Assembly (NCBI GenBank): GCA_965262715.1
Contig: OZ253553.1
Span: forward strand, 2,688,001 to 2,752,000
Direction: 5' to 3'
Length of the DNA: 64,000 bases
From: Bdellovibrionales bacterium
Lineage (GTDB): Bacteria; Bdellovibrionota; Bdellovibrionia; Bdellovibrionales; JAUICD01
The notes under the pieces are model-generated. The model did not search any database and was not told the DNA's origin. It worked only from the letters and a program-made list of their open reading frames with translations. Below are positions 51,505 to 59,731 of the stretch, piece by piece (position 1 is the first letter of the stretch; the number at the start of each line of letters is the position of its first letter). The translations under genes were made by a program, and so were the position numbers.

Positions 51505-52227
51505 TTACGGAGTGGGGTTCTGTGATCTGATCACTGAATCAAAAGGCCCATTACAACTACCATACTTGTTATAGGCTATGCTTTCAGGTACCAAGACCCA
51601 TTGTAAGAGAAGACCACCTCCTATCGGCCGGTCAACAACACGACTGAGAGAGAGCCTAATTATAAGTTCATTAGAATGAATGAATTGAACGTTAGCTCTA
51701 GCAATCATATTAAAAGGTTCTAAAGCTATTGTACCTTCTATACCTTCACATTGAAAAAGCCGACAACCACGTTGACCTCTATTTATAAGATCCTGTTCTT
51801 TCCTAGTCAATTTTTCTGGATAACATTTCACAGAATTGCTATTAGTTTCTCTATTATTTTCTAAGAGCCACTGTTTATACTTATCAGAGATATAGTGCAA
51901 ATGTATAATTTCTATATTCGCAATTGATAATGGTACAGATAAAACCACAGTTTGATCATTTTGTGTTGCAGACGAACAATGCTCACAACTATTCAAGACA
52001 GTAGCTAATGCAGATGTAAAAGTTGAATCACCTCTATTTGCTTCAAAAAAGTTTTCAAAATCTTCACTTAAAAGATCACTCAAAGTACCAGAGCGACATT
52101 CTTTTAAAAAAACAGTATTATTATCTTCAATTAAGTAAACATCACCTTCTTCACATTGCTGAGCAAAAGATGGAAAACATACTAAATAAAGAAATAAAAA
52201 TAAACCTGTAATAATATAACTTTTCAT
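51505..52227 (-). CDS. Secreted hypothetical protein
   Basis: Signal peptide MKSYIITGLFLFLYLVCFPSFA; 240 aa ORF. Confidence 0.65.
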   Translation of the reverse strand: MKSYIITGLFLFLYLVCFPSFAQQCEEGDVYLIEDNNTVFLKECRSGTLSDLLSEDFENFFEANRGDSTFTSALATVLNSCEHCSSATQNDQTVVLSVPLSIANIEIIHLHYISDKYKQWLLENNRETNSNSVKCYPEKLTRKEQDLINRGQRGCRLFQCEGIEGTIALEPFNMIARANVQFIHSNELIIRLSLSRVVDRPIGGGLLLQWVLVPESIAYNKYGSCNGPFDSVIRSQNPTP

Positions 52228-52492
52228 ATCAAACTTCCTATTGCTATCCTTAAATTTCTTAATTTAAAAAAAATATACTAAAAAACATATAATTCAAGTG
52301 TTAATTAAATTTAAAAATTAACTTCTTAAAGTGTCATGAACCAAAGTTTTTATAAATATCCAGAAATAAATATTTAGCTCTCTCATAATAATATTTTATT
52401 TTGTTTTGTTAAAATTTGGATGGTTTGAGTATTAAGACAATTTAGAAAATAGTTTTCAGAGATTTTGTTGCACAGATACTTGTATGTTTTAG

Positions 52493-52649
52493 TAGTGTTT
52501 TTTGATAGGCTTGCAAGCTAGTTCTTATCCAGTGCCTTAAAAGGTAAGGTCTTTATTGAAATATTTCATTCCATGATCAAATCATAAAATAACAGAAATG
52601 CAAGGCACGAAGACCCTCTGTTGAATGAAAATCCTGTCAAAAAACACTA
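52493..52649 (+). repeat. Structured repeat family 2, copy 2
   Basis: Terminal stem TAGTGTTTTTTGATAGG/CCTGTCAAAAAACACTA; shared core CCAGTGCCTTA...ATCAAATCATAAAAT...CAAGGCACG. Confidence 0.7.
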
Positions 52650-52888
52650 ATGGTAATCTTATGTAATAGGATCATATTTATACAACAAGACCATCATGAA
52701 ATATAAAATAAAGAATTTTAAAATTTTTAAACAATCTGCTAGTTAACAAGAGTGTTCGAATTTGATTATGACAATTATTTGAATTTACAAAGTTAAAAAC
52801 AAGTAAGACTTGACTTTTTTGCTTATAAGATATATTCTTTTAAGAAGATTTGTCTTGTTTTTTATAATGCAGTAGGACCAGCAAAATA

Positions 52889-53130
52889 ATGCCAACTATC
52901 TTAAGAAGGGATGGCTACAGATTTTTCTTTTATAGTAGAGAGGGTAAAGAGCTGTCCCATATTCATGTTATTGGGCATGAAGGTGAAATGAAAGTATGGC
53001 TTGAAAGTATGAAAATATGAATGTTGCAAATGTTTATCGTTTATCCCTAAGTAAACAAAAGAAGGTGTTAGAAATAATTCAGGAAAACAAAAAACTTTTC
53101 CAAGATACATGGAGAAAATTTCATGGGTGA
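52889..53130 (+). pseudogene. DUF4160 protein (putative toxin), frameshifted by an 8-bp duplication
   Basis: MPTILRRDGYRFFFYSRE...HIHV...KVWLE. GAAAGTAT/GAAAATAT duplication at 53003-53018. Tail ...WRKFHG* overlaps the next ATG. Confidence 0.75.
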
Positions 53131-53368
53131 GCCAAATATACAAATAGATTTCACAATTCAATCCTTTTCAGTGAATCAAGATTTTTTAACTGCGAAGATC
53201 AACGATGGTCGAGTTATTTCAATTCCTATCAATTGGTTTGAACGTTTGAGGAAAGCTTCTATAGAACAACTTCAAAATTTTGAAGTTTCACCATCTGGTT
53301 ATGGTATTCATTGGCCAGAAATAGATGAAGATATTTCTATTCGATCATTTCTTTCACCTCAAAAGTAA
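53123..53368 (+). CDS. DUF2442 protein (putative antitoxin)
   Basis: DGRVISIPINWFERLRKAS..Q..NFE...GYGIHWPEIDEDISI. Confidence 0.88.
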   Translation: MGEPNIQIDFTIQSFSVNQDFLTAKINDGRVISIPINWFERLRKASIEQLQNFEVSPSGYGIHWPEIDEDISIRSFLSPQK

Positions 53369-53370
53369 AG

Positions 53371-53750
53371 TCATTTATATGCCCTGTCAGATTTGAAAAT
53401 AATTCCCTCTGGTACAATTACTCCTGCTCGACCATTTAAACTCAAAAGCTCGGCAATGTAATCTACAAAAAGCACTTCTGACCTATTAGAAGTTACTGAA
53501 AATCTACTATGAGGACGAATGCCTCCTTTTGGACTCATAAAAGAATGATTAGCTAAAATTATGTCAAAATCATCATCCCAACGATGATCTGAAGTTAAAG
53601 TATCATATTCATAGATTTTGGGGTTTTTAAATTTATGAAGATACATGTTCACTAAAAGAAGCTTTACTATATCAGGAGAAATATCATAACCTACAATATT
53701 TTTTTGCATTTTCTTTCTCTCAAAAGATTTGAGTTCTTCTCTTTTATACC
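53371..53750 (-). pseudogene. Internal fragment of an N6-adenine DNA methyltransferase (HsdM-like)
   Basis: GYDISPD, NMYLH, DIILANHSF (NPPF degenerated), GRAGVIVPEGIIF. Truncated at both ends. Confidence 0.75.
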
Positions 53751-53773
53751 GATAAATTCAATATGAAACAATG

Positions 53774-53826
53774 CGTAACTTCAAATCGCAAGTGCAACTC
53801 TTTTGTGTTTATAGATATTCTTAAGA
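53774..53826 (-). mobile_element. Solo right end of the IS30-family element
   Basis: CGTAACTTCAAATCGCAAGTGCAACTCTTTTGTGTTTATAGATATT is the reverse complement of the IS30 right end ending at 63176. Confidence 0.8.
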
Positions 53827-54405
53827 ACTGCTAGATTTACTTTTGATACTTATACAAATGAGCTTATGTATAAAAATATGGGCACTGCTCAACAGCAGCC
53901 TCAAAATAGAGTTGTATAAATGTATGTATTGTACAAGTCATATAATGATACGAGTACGTTATTGGCACTTGCTTTGAATTTGCAGAACTTCTTTTTCTGA
54001 AAGTCCTGTTGCTTTACTTATGGCTTGTATATCCATATCAGTTGTCTTTAGAAGATTTATAGCAACTTTCTGCAAACCTTTCTGCAATCCTTCTTGCAAT
54101 CCTTCCTGTCGAGCTTCTTGCCTTATACGATCTCTCATCATTTGTAATGCTGGCATTGTTCTCTTCTCCTCTGATACGTTTTTTTCTTCTATCTCTTGTA
54201 AAGTATTCCAAGTAAAGCTTGGATCACAGAGCTTCACACAATCAACTGCCCTTTCCATTAAAAAGACACGGTCTTCTTTATTGGCAAGCTTATTGGATAA
54301 CTTAAACAAATCTCCAATGACCTGCTCATCTAAGTTCCATACACTCTTTAGTATAAACAAAATCGTCCCAGATAGCAAGTCCTTTGAGCTTAATTCTGCC
54401 ATTCC

Positions 54406-55775
54406 CGAATTACCTCAGAATATGTGTTACCGAGAGTTGGTAATGTAATTTTGATTTTCGGATTGGTTGCCTCACAACCCCTCTCTTATTTATCATTAAA
54501 AATAACCAACAATTTTAATGAATTTAGCAAACAAGGGAGGGTATCATGAGTTACCATACTATCTTAGAATATATCAATGAATTAGCCAAGTACTACTTTG
54601 AAGCTCAGAGAGTTAAAAAGACTCAAATGTTGGATCATGCTACTGAAGTCACCGGACTTCACAGAAAAACTATCATCAGACAACTTAAAATCTCAAAGAG
54701 GAGTCAATTAGCCAATAATAAGAAAAGATGCGGCGCAAAGCAAAAATACCCTACAGAGTTACTTTTACCTCATATTGAATATCTGTGGAAACAAATGGAT
54801 CGGATATCTGCTAGAAGAATGAAAGCTGCTTTGAAAGATTGGCTGCCTTACTACAATGAAAATAATGTGAATGATCAAGTTAGAAGTCTTTTACAAAAGA
54901 TGAGTGTCTCTACCCTAGATCGCTTCTTAAATCTTCTTAGAAAGCGATACAGAAGCTCAAAAAAAGGAATTTCTTCCACATCTCCAGCTACTTACATGAA
55001 AAATAAAGTTCCTATCAATACTTTAGACTCCAGAGTCACTCGACCCGGATACACTCAAGCAGACACTGTAGCTCATTGTGGAGATAGGCTTATTGGTGAA
55101 TTTATGAACTCTATTACTATCACTGACATCTATTCTACATGGACTGAAAATAGAGCTTTATTCACTAAGAAAGCTTTAGAGGTAAGACGCTGTTTTAGTG
55201 ATATTCAAAGGCACTTGCCATTTAAACTTATTGCTATTAATACAGATTCAGGCAGTGAATTTCTTAATAAACCGGTCTTCAATCAATTCAAAAATAATAA
55301 AGTTATCTTTACACGTTCTAGGCCTTATAAGAAGAATGATAACTGCTATGTAGAACAGAAAAACTATACTCATGTCAGAGAGCTTTTTCACTATTATAGG
55401 ATTGAGAATAAGGAACTTAAATCAATAATGAATGACATTTATATCAATTGTTGGAATCCTTATCAAAATTACTTCATGCCTTCTTTTAAGTTAAAAAAGA
55501 AAACTCGAATCGGAGCTAAAATTAAAAAAGAATACGATGAACCAATGACTCCTTATAAAAGATTAATAACATCTTCTCATATATCCGAAAAGCAAAAGGA
55601 AGCTCTCATACAGAAGAAGAAAAAACTCAACCCATTTAAATTAGTTAAAGCTAGAGAAAAAAAACTATCTGAATTCTTTAAACTACTCAACTTATATAAT
55701 AAACAAAGGAAAAATAATGAATAACTTAACTCTTATACAAAAACTCTTGGTAACAATTTATTCTGAGGCAACACG
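54406..55775 (+). mobile_element. Insertion sequence, 1370 bp, imperfect ~30-bp terminal IRs, 4-bp target duplication TTCC
   Basis: Ends CGAATTACCTCAGAAT... and ...ATTCTGAGGCAACACG. TTCC at 54402-54405 and 55776-55779. Confidence 0.88.
54546..55724 (+). CDS. DDE (rve-type) transposase, ISNCY-like
   Basis: QADTVAHCG, TDSGSEFLN, FTRSRPYKKNDNCYVEQKN. Confidence 0.88.
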   Translation: MSYHTILEYINELAKYYFEAQRVKKTQMLDHATEVTGLHRKTIIRQLKISKRSQLANNKKRCGAKQKYPTELLLPHIEYLWKQMDRISARRMKAALKDWLPYYNENNVNDQVRSLLQKMSVSTLDRFLNLLRKRYRSSKKGISSTSPATYMKNKVPINTLDSRVTRPGYTQADTVAHCGDRLIGEFMNSITITDIYSTWTENRALFTKKALEVRRCFSDIQRHLPFKLIAINTDSGSEFLNKPVFNQFKNNKVIFTRSRPYKKNDNCYVEQKNYTHVRELFHYYRIENKELKSIMNDIYINCWNPYQNYFMPSFKLKKKTRIGAKIKKEYDEPMTPYKRLITSSHISEKQKEALIQKKKKLNPFKLVKAREKKLSEFFKLLNLYNKQRKNNE

Positions 55776-56619
55776 TTCCTAAATCATTTAAGTTTAATAA
55801 TCTATACTTATAATTTAAAACATTCTCACCGAAAGCCTTTTTAAGCTCTAAAGACTTAAAGTTCAAGTAATCATGGAAGCTCAAAGGTAAATTCCATCCA
55901 CTTTTACCAGAATAAACCAACACAGGGATCACTATGGATGGAGCTTTACGTTTTCCACTCTTAACATCTTTACTGTCTTTCTCATAAATACTTGCTTGAT
56001 ACTTAAGAAGCTGTAAAAAAATATCCGAGTCATTATAGGATTTATGCTCAAAAAGAAAAATAATTTCTACAATCTCATCTGAATCTTTCATCTTCACTGA
56101 AAAAATCACATCAGCTCTCTGCTCCCTAAACACCTGATCTACAAAAACAGTCACTTTTGACTGTAGAGTCTTCCAATCAAAAAGATCAAATTCTTCAGGA
56201 GTTAAAACCAAACGAAACAAGTCTAAAACATACCGCTCCTTGCTATAAATTTCATAAAACAAATGATTGAAAATATGAAAAACTTCACGTTTTAACTCCT
56301 GTTTGTTTTTTGGAAGCTTTACCTTTTTATACTTAGATCTGACCATCACAAAACCTCTTAACTAGCTATGAACCTTATTAAACATAAAAACCTTAATCAA
56401 ATGAAAACTCCTGCTTGCATCATAATTTAATTTCAAAAATATAAAAAAATACTCATCAAAACCTCTCTAGATAAATCCTTCTGCAACAAGACCTCTGAAA
56501 AGTACAGTTCTTCGAGTCCATATTTCATTAGAAATAAAATGGTAAGGTATTAGTTTTTTAAGATTTTGTTTTGCTTTTTCTAAAAAACCAGTATTCTCTC
56601 TAAAACTCTCATATAAAAT

Positions 56620-57510
56620 CTATCGTTTAGATTTTTCTTGAAGCTTACAAATTTCTTCCTTTGAAAAACCAGTAACTTTAGATATTTTTTCTGCACTCAT
56701 ACCAGTGTTTAGAAGCTTTAATATAACTTCTGCTATCCCTTCCTGCCGTCCTTTTTCTATTCCTTCCTGTTGCCCTTCTCTTCGAGCTAGGTTTTCTGCG
56801 CTAATTCTATCTCTCTCTCTTTTATCAAGTGCATCTAAATATTCTTCTAAAATTTCATCTTGGGATAAGTTCCAAAACTTCTTTCCTGTTTTTGTTGTAT
56901 TTTTTCCTTTCATAGCTTCTCTAAGGTCTTCTAATCTTTTAAGTCCTTCTAATGCGTCCTTAGTAAATTTTGTAACATCAAGAATAATCTGAGTATCGAC
57001 TCCATTTTTTAGCATATTTAAAGCAACATTCTCACGTTCTTTATGTAGTCCTTTTATAACTCCTTCTTCAAATCCTTCTGTGTGAATGAGTTTTTCTCTA
57101 TTGACTCTATTCTTCTTTTTCTTTTCAAGGATATGTAGGTATTCACTTTCAATCTCTTTTTGAGAAATATCCCGGTAGTTCTCTACTTCCCTTGTTATGT
57201 CAATATCTTGACTCTTAAAATTCTTATACAAAATCTGCTGTTTAGCTTTTTCCTTAAATTCATAAATTTTTTCTTTTGAAAAACCAGTGACTTCAGATAT
57301 CCTTTCTATTTCTACACCAGAATCTAGAAACTTTAATATGGCTTCCTCTACTCCTTCCTGTTGTCCTTTCTTAAATCCATCCTCGACACCTACTTTATAA
57401 ACATGTTCTTCGCTACTAACTCTATCTCTTTCCATCTTGTCATAGGCATACAAGTATTCCTCTTCACCTTCTTTTTGGGAAAAATTCCAAAGTTTCTCTG
57501 TTTCTGCCAT
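56620..57510 (-). CDS. Protein made of three tandem Rpn C-terminal modules
   Basis: Three (W)xxSQ...RDR...EG..EG...VI/AL.(F/M)L..G...I..VT.F units. SD GAGGAG. Confidence 0.75.
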   Translation of the reverse strand: MAETEKLWNFSQKEGEEEYLYAYDKMERDRVSSEEHVYKVGVEDGFKKGQQEGVEEAILKFLDSGVEIERISEVTGFSKEKIYEFKEKAKQQILYKNFKSQDIDITREVENYRDISQKEIESEYLHILEKKKKNRVNREKLIHTEGFEEGVIKGLHKERENVALNMLKNGVDTQIILDVTKFTKDALEGLKRLEDLREAMKGKNTTKTGKKFWNLSQDEILEEYLDALDKRERDRISAENLARREGQQEGIEKGRQEGIAEVILKLLNTGMSAEKISKVTGFSKEEICKLQEKSKR

Positions 57511-57803
57511 ATCGTCTCCTCAACCCTTAAAGTCCTCATATAAAGTTTATTACTTAGACTTATCTTGAAATTTACAAATTTCTTCCTTTGAAAAACCAGT
57601 AACTTTAGACACTTCTTCTCCACTCATTACAACGCCTTAAAAGTTTCAATATAACTTCCTTTATTCTTTCTTGTTGTCTTTCTTTTTTACCTTTCTTAAT
57701 TCCTTTTTCTATCCATTCTTATCATCTTTCCAGATGTTCTTCTCTGTGAGCTAGATTGTCTGCACTAACCCTCTCTCTTTTAGAGATCCTATCTCTTTTG
57801 GAT

Positions 57804-58406
57804 TTATAGATATTTTTTAAGATGTTCTAATTTTTTAAGTCTTTCTAACTCGTCCTTAGTAAATTTTGTAACATCAAGAATAACCGGGGTATCAACTCCA
57901 ATCTTTACCATATTTAAAGTAATGTTCTCACGTTCTTTTTGTAGTCCTTTTATAAATCCTTCTTCAAATCCTTCTTTGCGAATGAGTTTCTCTCTATTGG
58001 CCCTATTCTTCTTTTTCCTTTCGAGAACATACAAGTGTTCACCTTCATCCTCTTCTTGAGAAACATCCCAATAGTTCTCTACTTCCTTTGTTATATCAAT
58101 GTTTTGATTCTTAAAATTCTTATACAAAATCTGTTGTTTAGTTTTTTCATGAAACTTATGAATTTTTTCTTTTGTAAAACCAGTAATTTCAGATACTTTT
58201 TCTATCTCCTCATCAGCATCTAAAAATTTTAATATAACTCCCTCCATTCCTTCTTGTCGTCCTTGCTCAAATCCATCCTCAACACCTTCTTTATAAACAA
58301 ATTCTTCTCTAGTTATTCTATCTCTTTCCATCTTGTCGTAGACAGATAAGTTTTTTTCTTCACCTTCTTTTTGAGAAAAGTCCCAAAAGTTTTCTGCCTT
58401 TGCCAT
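57804..58406 (-). CDS. Protein made of two tandem Rpn C-terminal modules
   Basis: Paralog of the first two modules of 56620..57510 at an 896-bp offset. SD GAGGAG. Confidence 0.75.
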   Translation of the reverse strand: MAKAENFWDFSQKEGEEKNLSVYDKMERDRITREEFVYKEGVEDGFEQGRQEGMEGVILKFLDADEEIEKVSEITGFTKEKIHKFHEKTKQQILYKNFKNQNIDITKEVENYWDVSQEEDEGEHLYVLERKKKNRANREKLIRKEGFEEGFIKGLQKERENITLNMVKIGVDTPVILDVTKFTKDELERLKKLEHLKKYL

Positions 58407-58445
58407 ATCGTCTCCTCAATCCTTAAGGTTCTTATATAAATTCTA

Positions 58446-59432
58446 TTATTTAGATCTTTCTTGAAACTTACAAATTTCTTCCCTTGAAAAACCGGTAACT
58501 TTAGACACTTCCTCTGCACTCATACCAGTATTTAGAAACTTTAATATAACTTCCGCTATCCCTTCCTGCCGTCCTTTTTCTATCCCTTTTTCTATTCCCT
58601 CCTGTTGTCCTTCTCTGCGGGCTAGGTTTTCTGCGCTAATTCTATCTCTTTCTCTTTTATCAAACGCATCTATATATTCTTGTAAAGCCTCATCTTGGGA
58701 TAAGTTCAAGAGATGTTTTACTGCTTTTGCCATATCTTCTCCTTTATTTTCCAAACTCTTATATTCAGTATCATTCATTTTATATGAATTCTTTAATAAA
58801 TAACACCATGACTCTCTTATATCATACAATTGCTTTACATTTTTATCAAATTTCCCTAACTCTGCTTTTTTCACTAAAAATGAACCAGCCGTCGAGGTGA
58901 GCCTCTCGAGGTGAGCCTCTGGCTGTTTTTGGGCAATGACCCCGACGGCTAATGCCCTCGGCAAATAGGTCATTGCCTCAAAAACCTGTTCATTTTTAGT
59001 AAGAAGATACTCTTCATTTTTTAATAAGATGCTAAGGGAATATTAAAGCCTACATGCATATACCAATGCTCTATCTGTAAAATAAGGTTTTGATACTGTT
59101 TGCATCTCTACATTTACAATCTCTGTTTCCTGGGTACCTGATTGTGTGTTCCTTTTTAAATGCATTCTCAAGTCGAGAACAAATCTTCTACCAGATTCTT
59201 CACCTTTTATAACAGAAGGAGTATCAGGATGAAGATCAGGATCTAAAACGTCTACTTTTATAACTTCTGAATGTTTTGGAAGTGGCAAAAAATGTGTGAG
59301 TAGTGATTTTAAAGCTTCTTCATTGCCTTTAAAATAGGTTTTAAAAGCTGCGTCATTTGTTAATTTTAAAAAATGAGACTTTTTTAAAAATTCTTCAATA
59401 TCTAATAACTGATGTTTATTACTTGAACCCAT
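58446..59432 (-). pseudogene. PD-(D/E)XK nuclease family (Rpn) gene disrupted by a family-1 repeat; intact internal small ORF 58446..58733
   Basis: NDAAFK, VLDL, NVEMQ, RAL.Y then TAA at 59043; ELGKF and WCYLLK resume in the same frame. AAGGAG precedes ATG 58733. Confidence 0.85.
58870..59043 (-). repeat. Structured repeat family 1, single unit inside the Rpn gene
   Basis: ACTAAAAATGAAC/GTTCATTTTTAGT, GGCAATGACC/GGTCATTGCC, TATTTG bulge, CCGA/TCGG. Confidence 0.85.
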
Positions 59433-59572
59433 AATTTACGCCCTCCTAAAATGAAAAATCTAATAGGAATACAAGCAAAATACATGCCAAGCTAAAAGCA
59501 GGAATAAACAAGGTTTCAGATTTAAAACATAGAATATTGTCCAACAATTTGGACATCGAATCCGGATTTCAT
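59433..59572 (-). promoter_or_regulatory. Conserved Rpn leader with sigma54-type promoter and upstream palindrome
   Basis: TTGGCATGTATTTTGC (GG-N10-GC), TGTCCAAATTGTTGGACA, SD AGGAGG. Second copy at 45104-45243. Confidence 0.55.
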
Positions 59573-59731
59573 ACATCAAAACTAAATTGAAATAAAATAT
59601 TTAAATAAAAAAACTGACGCATTATTTCTTCACATTAATATTATTTAGAGACATCATCTAATAGCTTAAAATAGGTTGTTATATGGAAAGCTATTGTCGT
59701 CAATAAAAGTACTATAAATCGAGGAGTAAAA

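Larger units (their letters stand above)
53959..56349 (-). pseudogene. Rpn/YhgA-like (Transposase_31-type) gene interrupted by an IS; C-terminal small ORF 53959..54156 is intact
   Basis: RADVIFSV, FLFEHKSY, FLQLLKY. Removing the IS restores ...LNDLGMAELSS.... SD GAGGAG precedes internal MPALQMM. Confidence 0.85.

Noticed and set aside
56620..59432. Diversity-generating retroelement TR/VR pair
   Set aside because: No reverse transcriptase in the window, and differences between modules are not adenine-specific.
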